Part shown: positions 8,303 through 17,778 of the stretch, one piece after another
Numbering within the stretch: the first letter of the stretch is position 1
Layout: every line of letters begins with the position of its first letter
NCBI GenBank assembly: GCA_038044965.1
Contig: JBBSZB010000085.1
Coordinates: 1 to 25,456 of the forward strand
Length of the DNA: 25,456 nucleotides
Direction: 5' to 3'
Origin: Nanobdellota archaeon
GTDB taxonomy: Archaea > Nanobdellota > Nanobdellia > Pacearchaeales > GW2011-AR1
Translations under genes and position numbers: made by a program
Notes under the pieces: model-generated
Database searches by the model: none
Seen by the model: the letters and a program-made list of their open reading frames with translations, nothing else
What the model was told of the DNA's origin: nothing

Positions 8303-9064
8303 ATGAAAATCGTAGCAATTGGTGGTGGAGAAATAGGAAGACCAAATAATAATGGTGGAAGGTATCCTATTGAAACTCGAGCAATAGATAAAGAAATAAT
8401 CAAACTTACTGGTAAGACTCACCCAAAAGCACTGTTATTACCCACTGCTTCTGGAGATTCTGAAGGATATTACTCAACGTTTGAAAGATATTATGGAAAG
8501 ATGTTGGGATGCAAGACAGATGTTCTTTATCTAATTAAGGAAAGACCATCAAAAAAAGAGATAAGGAGAAGAATACTTTCTTCAGATATCATTTATGTTG
8601 GTGGTGGAAACACTTTGCGAATGTTAAAGTTATGGAGAAGATTAGGAGTAGATAAAATGTTAGAGGAAGCTGGAAATAGAGGAATTGTTTTGTCTGGATT
8701 AAGTGCAGGAGACATATGCTGGTTTGACTATGCAAATTCTGACTCTATGAAGTTTGGACCTAAGAAACAATTCAAAATGATTATGCTTAAAGGTTTGGGA
8801 TTTATCCCTTTAATGAGTTGTCCGCATTATAATGTTGAAAAAAATAGGCATGGTTCGCTTAAAAAAATGATTCAGAAACATGGGGGTGTTTCTATAGCTT
8901 TAGATAATTGTGCTGCAATTGAAGTTATTGATGATAAATATAAAATTATTACTTCTTCTTCAAATGCAAAAGCTTATCGAGTTCATAGAAAGAATGGAAA
9001 AGTTATAGAAGAACCATTACCTCTTGATAAAAAATTTAGACCTCTTGAGGAATTAATAGTTTAG
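8303..9064 (+). CDS. pepE: Peptidase E (family S51 dipeptidase)
   Basis: PTASGD, IYVGGGNT, nucleophile GLSAG and PHY motifs. Confidence 0.9.
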   Translation: MKIVAIGGGEIGRPNNNGGRYPIETRAIDKEIIKLTGKTHPKALLLPTASGDSEGYYSTFERYYGKMLGCKTDVLYLIKERPSKKEIRRRILSSDIIYVGGGNTLRMLKLWRRLGVDKMLEEAGNRGIVLSGLSAGDICWFDYANSDSMKFGPKKQFKMIMLKGLGFIPLMSCPHYNVEKNRHGSLKKMIQKHGGVSIALDNCAAIEVIDDKYKIITSSSNAKAYRVHRKNGKVIEEPLPLDKKFRPLEELIV

Positions 9065-9069
9065 TATAA

Positions 9070-9727
9070 TTCTTTAGATTTCCACTAGTCTAGGACTAGT
9101 GGCGTAATCTTTTTCTCCTTGGATTAATTAGCATGAATGAGCTTGTTATAGCTCATTGAATAATCAATGATAGCTGTAGCTTTCTCAGATAATTAAACTT
9201 TTCGGAGGTTAAAATGAAAACAAATCCTGTAGGATACAGCTCAATGGTTGGAGAAAGTTGGCACCATTTTTCATTCAAAGTGAAATACTGCCACCCAATA
9301 TTTGAAAATCAAGAAGTTCGAGAAGCATGCAATAAATATTTGATAGAAGCTTTTGAAAGAAATAAGCTAAGGTACGAAGAAATAGGTTTTGATAGAGATC
9401 ACGTACATGGAATGATTGATATAGGATTATACAGCAGACCACAAATAGCTAAACTTGTAAAAGGTTATGTAGCCAAGAAATTATTTAATCAATTTCCTGA
9501 AATAAAAAAGAAATACTTTTATGGAAGTGGTTTATGGAATCCTGCGTCATGGATTGATGCAGTTGGAAAAAATAAGGATTTCATGAAAGGATACATAAGG
9601 AAACAAAGATATTACATTAGGAATGTCAATCAATTAAAGTTAGAAGATTATTTTTGATTTGCTCATGCCACCAGTCTATAGCGAGCCACTATCAAATACG
9701 GGCGAGCGGTGACTGGTGGTAGTTGAC
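9070..9727 (+). mobile_element. Compact IS200/IS605-family element carrying tnpA only
   Basis: Left hairpin CCACTAGTC-TAG-GACTAGTGG (9082..9102); right hairpin CCACCAGTC...GACTGGTGG (9668..9719) followed by TAGTTGAC. Right end 9727 is well supported; the left end is approximate. Confidence 0.8.
9214..9657 (+). CDS. tnpA: IS200/IS605 Y1 (HUH) transposase
   Basis: HUH motif DHVH, LWNPASW, catalytic YIRKQ; SD GGAGGT upstream. Confidence 0.93.
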   Translation: MKTNPVGYSSMVGESWHHFSFKVKYCHPIFENQEVREACNKYLIEAFERNKLRYEEIGFDRDHVHGMIDIGLYSRPQIAKLVKGYVAKKLFNQFPEIKKKYFYGSGLWNPASWIDAVGKNKDFMKGYIRKQRYYIRNVNQLKLEDYF

Positions 9728-9871
9728 AGATAAGCACAAGGAAAACTAGCCATTCTTTGTAATTTTAGTGGAGGCATTTTTATATTTAACTAAACAAATA
9801 TATTATAATAGGTTTTAATATTTCGGGAGAACATATTAATGCTTATAAACAAACATTTGCCATATAATCAA

Positions 9872-10234
9872 ATGAAAATTAAGCCTCTCTTAAAATTGAA
9901 AGATGCTCTCCAAGAGTTGGGAAAGTTTTATGAAATGCGTAAAATGCCTTCTAATGGAGAACTAAAAGAAATTTATGAAACAATATCAGAAAAATGGTAC
10001 AAATCCAGCTGTATAAAACTTAGAGCAGATATTATAAGAGAAACTGGATTATTAGCTGAATGGGATGGAAATAAAACCCCTCAACAAGATTTTATAACTT
10101 TTATGCATGATATGGGAAATCTTTTAGATAAACTAGAAGAATCAGAACCAAAACATGCAGATATTAAAAAATATCAAAGAGAAGTTTATTCTGATATTGA
10201 AAAAGTTGTTGCAAATTATCGTGAAAGGGATTAA
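9872..10234 (+). CDS. Hypothetical protein
   Basis: Open frame; start set to ATG 9872 from TTATAAA at 9843..9849. Confidence 0.75.
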   Translation: MKIKPLLKLKDALQELGKFYEMRKMPSNGELKEIYETISEKWYKSSCIKLRADIIRETGLLAEWDGNKTPQQDFITFMHDMGNLLDKLEESEPKHADIKKYQREVYSDIEKVVANYRERD

Positions 10235-10244
10235 AAATCCTGAG

Positions 10245-10330
10245 CTTAGTATAATTTATCCTTAAATGCACAATATCTTTTCCTTATTTAACATTTATTA
10301 ATTTGCAGATTAATTTCAATTTGTATTTAT
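10245..10330 (+). repeat. Intergenic repeat family copy A
   Basis: CTTAGTATAAT...CAATATCTTTTCCTTATTTA...AGATTAATTTCAA, aligning with the copies at 23863, 23971 and 25282. Confidence 0.8.
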
Positions 10331-10344
10331 TAATTTTTATCATA

Positions 10345-10429
10345 TGTAAAGTAAATCTTGTATCTTAAAATAATTTATTTTTAAACATCTTTAAAACATA
10401 TCATAACTTTACCTTATTTATTATTAATT
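10345..10429 (+). repeat. Intergenic repeat family copy B
   Basis: 10345..10388 matches 11996..12039 at 38/44; CCTTATTTATTATTAATT (10412..10429) is identical to 23899..23916. Confidence 0.78.
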
Positions 10430-10647
10430 TTATTATTAGTTCATAGATTAATTAACATTAAACCAGATTAAAGTTGATTAAATAGATTTATCTTGAATTT
10501 GTCAATATTACATGTGTTTCATTAATTCATAGATTAATTAAATTATATTTATAACATTTTCAAATATACCTTAGATTACTTAGAGGTTAATTTTGATATT
10601 ATTTTCAACATAGTAAATATTATAAAGCCTCAATTCAAAAATGTTTA

Positions 10648-11151
10648 ATGTTTCCGCGCAAAAAGCCTTCTATGGCAGAAGAAAGAGAAGTATCAAATAT
10701 ACTTAAATATGCTATTCCTTATGAAAATGGAACAGAAGCTAAAAAATGGGGTCGTGAGAGAGAGATAAGCCATTATGCAGACAGAAATGTGAACTATGGA
10801 GAGTTTACAAAGCCAAATTATACACCAAGAGAAGTATATGTAAATCAAAATGGTGGTATAAGCCTTATTTTTGTAGAAGGTGCAGAACCTGAAATATTGA
10901 AAAAAGAAATAAGAAAACATATTGAAAATCTTTTAGAAAAAGTTAAAAAAAAGAATCTTGCAGATTATCTTGAGATAACTGCGCCTTCAAGAAATCATGA
11001 AGTTGAACAAGAAGTAACTATTAATTATAAAAAGCCAAAGTATGCTATTGAAAGTGCAATGCTTGATATATTTTTAGCAAAATATGGGAAAAATCTGTTA
11101 GATTATACTAGTTCTTTTAAAAAAAGGAAGAGGAAAAGGAAAATAGATTAG
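10648..11151 (+). CDS. Hypothetical protein with basic C-terminus
   Basis: 167-aa ORF with TATTATAAAG ~25 nt upstream. Confidence 0.75.
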   Translation: MFPRKKPSMAEEREVSNILKYAIPYENGTEAKKWGREREISHYADRNVNYGEFTKPNYTPREVYVNQNGGISLIFVEGAEPEILKKEIRKHIENLLEKVKKKNLADYLEITAPSRNHEVEQEVTINYKKPKYAIESAMLDIFLAKYGKNLLDYTSSFKKRKRKRKID

Positions 11152-11242
11152 TATAAAATTGTTATTTATTCTAAAATTATTATTAACTTAAAAGTGGTAT
11201 CAAAATCAGAAGATTTAAATATATAATAATTATCCTGATTTT

Positions 11243-11638
11243 ATGGTAAAATTAATTAATATTAATAGAATTCCTCTGTTTGATATAGGCACAACATTAG
11301 CTGGGATGTATATAGGTTATAATCATGGAGTTGGTATTGAAACTAGTTGTAATTTAGATAAAATTTTAACAATGGGCCCGGCACTAACAGCTTTAGGCGT
11401 AACTCCTCTTGCTATGTTTAGTGGAAAAGCATTTAAAAAAACTGGTCTTGGTTCTCTAGAGCTTGGAATAGCTGACTCTGCAATAAGAATAAGAGCAGAT
11501 AGTGCAATTTCTTCAAGTACTACAGCTAAAGATATTGGAGCAGAAACTCTTACAATAACTGGTAAAACAATTTTAGAATCTGCTGCAGGTTATGGTATAG
11601 GTTATGGTTTAGGATATTTGACTAAGATTTATTCTTAA
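11243..11638 (+). CDS. Gly/Ala-rich hypothetical membrane-associated protein
   Basis: 131-aa ORF, upstream ATTTAAATAT, GxGxGxG-rich hydrophobic C-terminus. Confidence 0.75.
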   Translation: MVKLININRIPLFDIGTTLAGMYIGYNHGVGIETSCNLDKILTMGPALTALGVTPLAMFSGKAFKKTGLGSLELGIADSAIRIRADSAISSSTTAKDIGAETLTITGKTILESAAGYGIGYGLGYLTKIYS

Positions 11639-11692
11639 ATATTTAATAATTTAGGAGAACATTTTTAAATTAAATAAATATCTCTTAAATCT

Positions 11693-11977
11693 ATGGAATA
11701 TGATAAAATAAAGCCTGGACAATTTTACTGGTTTAATTCAGATGGTTCAGAACCAAAAAATAAGGAAAGAAAAGAAATTGCATATATTTGGGGTGTAAAT
11801 AAAGAAAGGGTTATTTTTGAGTCTAATAACCAGATATCTTCAACTCAAAATTGTGAAACTTTTATAAAAGAATTTATTCCCAATAGAGATATAAATTCCT
11901 CTGAGATTTCTGACTTGACAAAAGAATGGGTTAATAATCTGGTTGCAATTCTTGGAAGAAAAATTTCAGAAAAATGA
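11693..11977 (+). CDS. Hypothetical protein
   Basis: 94-aa ORF with TTTTTAAA ~25 nt upstream. Confidence 0.7.
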   Translation: MEYDKIKPGQFYWFNSDGSEPKNKERKEIAYIWGVNKERVIFESNNQISSTQNCETFIKEFIPNRDINSSEISDLTKEWVNNLVAILGRKISEK

Positions 11978-11995
11978 ATCTTAAACATTTTTGTG

Positions 11996-12075
11996 TGTAA
12001 AGTAAATTTTTGATTTTAACATAATTTATCTTTAAACATACCACACTTTTCCTTATTTATCATTCATTTATGGAT
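11996..12075 (+). repeat. Intergenic repeat family copy C
   Basis: TGTAAAGTAAAT...TAATTTATCTTTAAACATAC...ACTTTTCCTTATTTAT, shared with copies B and D. Confidence 0.8.
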
Positions 12076-12189
12076 TGATATTTATTATATTTATGAGATT
12101 TTCAAGAACATATAAAGTTGTTAAAATGTTAAGTTTGATATTTGACTTAATATGAAAAAGTTATTAAACTGTTACATATTTTCTTTAGT

Positions 12190-12675
12190 ATGAAAGGTGT
12201 GAAATTAAATGCTATAATAGCAATAGTTATTTTATTAGCCGGAATTATTGGGTTTGTGTATTACATTAGCCCACAAATATTTGGAAGAGTAATTGATTCT
12301 GTTGTTTATGATGGAACAAATGATAAAGTAACAACTGAAACATTCCCAGAATATCTTGAAAAAAATTCTTTAACAAGAGATTTACCTAAAGATGCTTCAG
12401 TTTTAGTAAGAATTTATAGTAATGAAAAAAGTTATAAGTATTATATAACTGGCAGAAGTGTAGAATTTATTGAAGATCAACAAAATAAAAAATCAGACAT
12501 TGAAGTTGGCTTTCCATTAGAATATCTTTCACAATTAAACGGTGTTAATATGTGTGATGTTGCAAAAGAAATACATGGGCAGGAGGATTTATCATTTAAA
12601 ATTAACATTGATAAAATAAGTTTATTCTGGAAATATATGGGTGTGTTGAAATATAGAAATTGTCTTGGTTATTAA
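12190..12675 (+). CDS. Membrane-anchored hypothetical protein (possibly SCP2-like fold)
   Basis: N-terminal TM helix; TATA 12161..12168; the fold suggestion is pattern-based only. Confidence 0.7.
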   Translation: MKGVKLNAIIAIVILLAGIIGFVYYISPQIFGRVIDSVVYDGTNDKVTTETFPEYLEKNSLTRDLPKDASVLVRIYSNEKSYKYYITGRSVEFIEDQQNKKSDIEVGFPLEYLSQLNGVNMCDVAKEIHGQEDLSFKINIDKISLFWKYMGVLKYRNCLGY

Positions 12676-12740
12676 ATTTATGTGATAAAAAATATACTTT
12701 ATATTTTTTAATTCATCTGATTTAAGTAGCACTAAAAAAC

Positions 12741-12770
12741 TATTTCTTCGGCGATAATAATGTTTAAAAA
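12741..12770 (+). promoter_or_regulatory. 30-bp promoter/operator motif incl. TATA box, copy 1
   Basis: TATTTCTTCGGCGATAATAATGTTTAAAAA; 28/30 identical to 18111..18140; ends 23 nt before ATG 12794. Confidence 0.8.
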
Positions 12771-12793
12771 CTTCTTTTTATCAAGAAAGTTAT

Positions 12794-15700
12794 ATGGGGT
12801 CAAAAAAGAGTCTAGCGATGTTTATATTAGCAATAGTCTTAGTTCTTCCTTTGGCAAGTGCTGTTAGTGATGTTGCTTATCTTTATAAAAATGATATAAG
12901 AGTTGATCAAAACATAATCAATGAATTTAATTCTTTAGGCTTAAGTGTTGATAAAATACAGGAAAATAAAATTTCAACAACTGCTTTTTCTGAATATAAA
13001 ATGATATTTGTTGGAGATGAGCTTTTCAATAATCCTTCAAGAATACCAATAGGACTAAAACCTACAATTATATCTAATTATTATCATGGAGCTGTTTTTG
13101 GATTAACGGATAGTGATGGCATTTCTCAACTAGCTAATAACCAACCTTTAAATGTTAATAAAAACGGGCAAATTTTGCAAGTTTACACAGATGCTTTCTA
13201 TAGCGCTGGAAGTTCATTAGCAATACCTTATTATTATTTATCAGATGAAAATAAAGCTATAGGATTTACAAAAACTGCTGGAACTTATACAGGAAGTTCG
13301 GGTTTAGACATAGGAGATGTAATTTCATATGCTTCTAAAGGAACACAATTAGTAAATGGCAGGACGCTTAATAATAAAGTTTGTTTCTATGGTTTGGAAA
13401 CCATTAAAAATGGAAAGAGAAGCAGTGATTACTGGACGCCTGCTGCTAAACAAATGTTTGAAGATTGCGCTGCTTTTGTAATAACACAGTGTAGCAATGA
13501 TAGTGATTGTAATGATAACAATGCCCATACTAAAGATATATGTCTAAATCCTGGTAAGATAAATTCTCAATGTACTTATCAGAACATAACTTGTATAACA
13601 GATAGTGAGTGTAATGATAGCAATGCAAGAACAGTAGATCAGTGTATTAATGCAAATACTACATCAAGTTATTGCAGAAACACAGAAGTAAACTGTTTAT
13701 ACAATAGTGATTGCGGAGCAACTGGATTTATTAATTCAACTTTTTGCTTTAGTGATGATGTTTACAGAAATTTCCAAAATGCTACTTGTATAAGCCCTGG
13801 AACTTTACAAAGCCATTGTGATATAGAAGTAAATTCAAAGTTAATTGAACAATGTTCAGACACATGTTCAAATGGGCAGTGTGTTGATATAACCTGTTAT
13901 AATGATGGAGAGTGTAATGATTCTAATGCTTATACTAAAGATATATGCTTACATCCTGGAACAATACAAAGCTCTTGTACTTATCAAAATATTACATGTA
14001 TAACTAATGTTGATTGTAATGATGCTAATGCTTATACTCAAGATACATGTAAAAATCCTAACACACCTCAGAGTTATTGTGAATACAAAGACATAGTATG
14101 TATAACTAATGCTGATTGTGATGACAGTAATTATTTAACAAATGATATTTGTTTAAATCCTGGAACAATACAAAGCTCTTGTAATCATACTCTTGTAGAA
14201 TGTGTTTATGATGCTGATTGTAATGATAATAACACAAGTACAATAGATAGTTGTGTAAGCAATATATGCCATCATGATCAAATAAAATGTTTTATAAATT
14301 CTGATTGTGGTGCAAATTCTCAAACTGGTTTATTTTGTTCAAATGATAATGTGGCTCGAAACAGCACAACTTATACTTGTTTAAGTCCTGGAACTAAAAA
14401 TAGCTATTGTACTCAAAATAATCAAACCAATACAATAGAACAATGTAATGATATTTGTTCAAATGGGCAGTGTGTTGATATAACTTGTAGTTATGATAGT
14501 GAGTGTAATGATGAAAATGGAAGAACTATAGATAAATGTGTAAATCCTGGAACAAGTGCTTCGTTTTGCAGAAACACAGAAGTAAATTGTTTGAATGATT
14601 TAGACTGTGGAATAACTGGATATATTGAAGAAAACTTTTGTTTTAGTGACGATGTTTATAAAAAATATCAAAATTCAACTTGTATAGATCCTGGAACTTT
14701 AGATAGTTATTGTATACTTTCAGTAACTCCTCTTAAAACTCAGGAATGCAGCGATGGTAATAGTGAAACTTATGACTATTGCTCTCCCGTTATAGGTGAT
14801 GGTGCAATATGTAAGCATGATTTTATACAATGTAGTAAAGATAATGATTGCGGGACAACTCAATTAGTTAATGAATTTTGTAAAGGAGAAGATTTATGGG
14901 GCAATTATAGTGTGCCTGTATGTTTAGATGAAGGAAGTATTGATAGCCAGTGTTCATCAACAAATGAAGAAAATTTTATTGAAGAGTGTGATTTTGGATG
15001 TAGTAATGGTCAGTGTATTCCACCACAATGTACACAGAATTCACAATGTGGAAATGTAAGTGTGTCAAACAATTGTATTGGAGATGATTTGAATGTTACA
15101 ACTACAACTCCTTTATGTTTAAGTGGAAATTGCGGACAGAATAAAAATTCTCAGATAACAATTTGTGAGTTTGGTTGTAGTAATAATCAGTGTAATCCAC
15201 CTGAATGTACTCAGAATTCACAATGTGGAAGCTCTACAGAGGAAAATTTCTGTGTGGGAAATGATTTGCATATTTTAACAACTAATCCTATTTGCACTCA
15301 AGGATCATGTGGAAACAGCACTGATGAAGAAATTATAAATTGTGAACTTGGATGTTCTCAAGGAGCATGTTTAGAAGGTGGGCATGATGTTGCTTTAGAT
15401 GATAGTTTTGGAAATACTGGAATACAAATTAGAAAAACTTCTGGAGAGGTTGTATATGGTAATTTAATGTGTAATGAAAAATATAAAATAGATGTAGAGC
15501 CGAGAAACCTTGGAGACTTTTATGAAAATGTTACATTTAATGGAAGCATTGATGGATTGAATTTCCAGCATAATGACATACTTAATTTTGCTCCTGGAGC
15601 TTCTAGTATTAAGACAAAAATAATAAACATGACTCTAGCCCAAGGAGTATATAATATTAGTGTGCAGGCAAATATTAATGTAGATGATGATTTAGATAAT

Positions 15701-17380
15701 AATAAAGTTTCAAGAAGTGTTAGTGTTATTTGTGAAATTCCTGAATGCAGTGAAGATGAAGATTGCGGAGATATTGAAAGTACAATTACATGTGTTGGAG
15801 ATGATGTTGTAAATATAACAACAATTCCCCAGTGTATTTCAGGAAGCTGTGATGAAGACACTATTAATAATACAATAGAATTTTGTGAACTTGGATGTTA
15901 TCAAGGAGAGTGTATAGAAGGCGGGCATGATGTTGCAATTGATAAAAACTTAGCAAATAGTATTGGAGGAATTAAACTAGAATATCCTAATGGAACTAAT
16001 ATACCAGAGCATGAAGCATTAATGTGTAATCAAAACTATAAAGTAATTGTAAATGCTAAAAATTTAGGTGACTTTTATGAAAATGTTACATTTAATGGAA
16101 GTGTTGGAGGTTTATTATTCAACCATAATTCAATAACTAATTTTGCTTCAGGAGATTCAAGTTTGAAAACAAAAACACTTAATTTCTCACTTATTGAAGG
16201 AATGTATACTATAAATATAAGTGCATTAATTCCAATTGATGATAATTTATCAAATAATAATGCAAATAGGCATGTCCATGTTTTATGTCCAGCACCACCA
16301 CAATGTACTCAAAACTCTCAGTGTGGAAGTGTAAATGTGTCAAATAGCTGTATTGGAGATGATTTAAATGTTACAACTACAACTCCTTTATGCTTAAGTG
16401 GAAATTGCGGGCAAAATAAAAGTTCTGAGATAATAATTTGTGAGTTTGGATGTAGTAATAATCAATGTAATCCACCTGAATGTACTCAGAATTCACAATG
16501 TGGAAGCACAATTGTAAATCATTTATGTGTTGGAGATGATTTGCATAATACAACTATAAGTCCTTTATGTACTCAGGGAACATGTGGAAATTCAAGTTCT
16601 GAAACTATAGATTATTGTCAGTTTGGTTGTGCTAATGGACAGTGTATACCTTATAATCCAGAATGTGGTAATAATATTTTAGATGCTGGAGAGCAATGTG
16701 ATGATGGAAATCTTGTAAATGGAGATGGATGTTCATCAACTTGTCATACAGAAACATGCCAGGATGTATGTCAAGCAAAACCATTTGCATTTGATTTACA
16801 AATAGACAGAAGCAGTAGTATGGGATTACCTTTTGGGTTTATTGGATGGTTTCTTCCAAGACCTCCTAAAATACTTATAGCACAAATATCTGCAACTAAC
16901 TTTGTAGAAAAAGCTTTTAATAAAAATCCTAATACTTTAATTGGATTGACTACTTTTTCAAACACTGCTGCTAATATAAGAGGCCTTACAAATAATGAGC
17001 AGTCTTTGAAAAATGGAATATGGTCTATATTTGTGTTCGGCGGAACAAATTATTATAATCCTATTGTTCAAGGTGTAGATAAACTAGACACACCTGCAAA
17101 TACAAACAAGACAAAGATAATTGTGTTCCTTTCTGACGGAAGACCAAATGGATTTGATGGAGTGATTAAAGCAATACAAGCAGCTAATTATGCTAAACAA
17201 CATAATGTAAAAATAGTTACAGTTGGAATTGGCGGGCCTATTAATTTGAATGAAGAATTATTAAAAGATATGTCTAGGATAACTGGCGGAAGATATTACT
17301 TTGCAAGCTCTTCTATAGCTTTACAAGGAATATATAATAATTTAGCTGAAAATACCTGCCAAGAAATTTGTAGTGTTTAA
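12794..17380 (+). CDS. Giant secreted cysteine-rich repeat protein with two Ig/CARDB-like domains, a myxobacterial-type Cys repeat and a C-terminal VWA domain
   Basis: Signal peptide; ~114 Cys by hand count in CxxDxDC repeats; two GGHDVA...Ig-like blocks; ECGNNILDAGEQCDDGN; MIDAS DRSSS, GGTN, FLSDG. Confidence 0.9.
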   Translation: MGSKKSLAMFILAIVLVLPLASAVSDVAYLYKNDIRVDQNIINEFNSLGLSVDKIQENKISTTAFSEYKMIFVGDELFNNPSRIPIGLKPTIISNYYHGAVFGLTDSDGISQLANNQPLNVNKNGQILQVYTDAFYSAGSSLAIPYYYLSDENKAIGFTKTAGTYTGSSGLDIGDVISYASKGTQLVNGRTLNNKVCFYGLETIKNGKRSSDYWTPAAKQMFEDCAAFVITQCSNDSDCNDNNAHTKDICLNPGKINSQCTYQNITCITDSECNDSNARTVDQCINANTTSSYCRNTEVNCLYNSDCGATGFINSTFCFSDDVYRNFQNATCISPGTLQSHCDIEVNSKLIEQCSDTCSNGQCVDITCYNDGECNDSNAYTKDICLHPGTIQSSCTYQNITCITNVDCNDANAYTQDTCKNPNTPQSYCEYKDIVCITNADCDDSNYLTNDICLNPGTIQSSCNHTLVECVYDADCNDNNTSTIDSCVSNICHHDQIKCFINSDCGANSQTGLFCSNDNVARNSTTYTCLSPGTKNSYCTQNNQTNTIEQCNDICSNGQCVDITCSYDSECNDENGRTIDKCVNPGTSASFCRNTEVNCLNDLDCGITGYIEENFCFSDDVYKKYQNSTCIDPGTLDSYCILSVTPLKTQECSDGNSETYDYCSPVIGDGAICKHDFIQCSKDNDCGTTQLVNEFCKGEDLWGNYSVPVCLDEGSIDSQCSSTNEENFIEECDFGCSNGQCIPPQCTQNSQCGNVSVSNNCIGDDLNVTTTTPLCLSGNCGQNKNSQITICEFGCSNNQCNPPECTQNSQCGSSTEENFCVGNDLHILTTNPICTQGSCGNSTDEEIINCELGCSQGACLEGGHDVALDDSFGNTGIQIRKTSGEVVYGNLMCNEKYKIDVEPRNLGDFYENVTFNGSIDGLNFQHNDILNFAPGASSIKTKIINMTLAQGVYNISVQANINVDDDLDNNKVSRSVSVICEIPECSEDEDCGDIESTITCVGDDVVNITTIPQCISGSCDEDTINNTIEFCELGCYQGECIEGGHDVAIDKNLANSIGGIKLEYPNGTNIPEHEALMCNQNYKVIVNAKNLGDFYENVTFNGSVGGLLFNHNSITNFASGDSSLKTKTLNFSLIEGMYTINISALIPIDDNLSNNNANRHVHVLCPAPPQCTQNSQCGSVNVSNSCIGDDLNVTTTTPLCLSGNCGQNKSSEIIICEFGCSNNQCNPPECTQNSQCGSTIVNHLCVGDDLHNTTISPLCTQGTCGNSSSETIDYCQFGCANGQCIPYNPECGNNILDAGEQCDDGNLVNGDGCSSTCHTETCQDVCQAKPFAFDLQIDRSSSMGLPFGFIGWFLPRPPKILIAQISATNFVEKAFNKNPNTLIGLTTFSNTAANIRGLTNNEQSLKNGIWSIFVFGGTNYYNPIVQGVDKLDTPANTNKTKIIVFLSDGRPNGFDGVIKAIQAANYAKQHNVKIVTVGIGGPINLNEELLKDMSRITGGRYYFASSSIALQGIYNNLAENTCQEICSV
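15020..15232 (+). repeat. Intragenic duplication copy 1 (213 bp)
   Basis: About 90% identical to 16295..16507, no indels. Confidence 0.9.
16295..16507 (+). repeat. Intragenic duplication copy 2 (213 bp)
   Basis: See copy 1. Confidence 0.9.
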
Positions 17381-17419
17381 TTTTAATTATTTTATTTTTA
17401 ATAAATTATAATATAGAAA

Positions 17420-17755
17420 ATGGGTAAAGAAATAACACTTAAATATAAAATTGGAAGAATTGCACTAGGTGTTGCTTTAGGTGTAGCAGGTATAGGAGCA
17501 ATAAAAGGTCTTGATTATTACAATGCCAAGCATCGAGATAACATGCCTGGAAATGCTGGATATTTATCTTTTGATTCTTATGGCTTAAATCAACTTCATG
17601 CAGAATTCAAAGAAGTCCAAGCTAAGCATGAAGAACTTATGCAAGAGTATAAAGATCTTGAGAAGATAACCAAAACTTTTAAAGAAACAATGGAAGATCT
17701 TAACTCAAGCCTAAAGGAAACAAACCTAAATGAACAAAATAATACAGTTCATTAA
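17420..17755 (+). CDS. Hypothetical protein with N-terminal TM helix and coiled coil
   Basis: IALGVALGVAGIGAI followed by a heptad-like charged helix. Confidence 0.75.
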   Translation: MGKEITLKYKIGRIALGVALGVAGIGAIKGLDYYNAKHRDNMPGNAGYLSFDSYGLNQLHAEFKEVQAKHEELMQEYKDLEKITKTFKETMEDLNSSLKETNLNEQNNTVH

Positions 17756-17778
17756 ATTTAACTTTTATATTTATTAAG

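Noticed and set aside
9061-9070. TTAGTATAAT after pepE as a repeat-family copy interrupted by the IS
   Set aside because: It matches the start of copies A and D, but the sequence beyond the IS right end does not continue the consensus convincingly.
9658-9838. tnpB gene or remnant after tnpA
   Set aside because: The right-end hairpin starts 10 nt after the tnpA stop and no RuvC or zinc-finger coding fragment is visible.
10245-10541. Degenerate CRISPR array in the repeat-rich intergenic region
   Set aside because: Repeats are variable in length, irregularly spaced, lack unique constant-length spacers, and no cas genes are present.
6391-12675. Provirus or integrated plasmid
   Set aside because: No integrase, capsid, packaging ATPase, primase or att-flanked tRNA is recognisable.
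15020-16507. Diversity-generating retroelement template/variable repeat pair
   Set aside because: Mismatches involve all bases and are mostly synonymous rather than adenine-specific; both copies are in-frame in one gene; no reverse transcriptase in the window.
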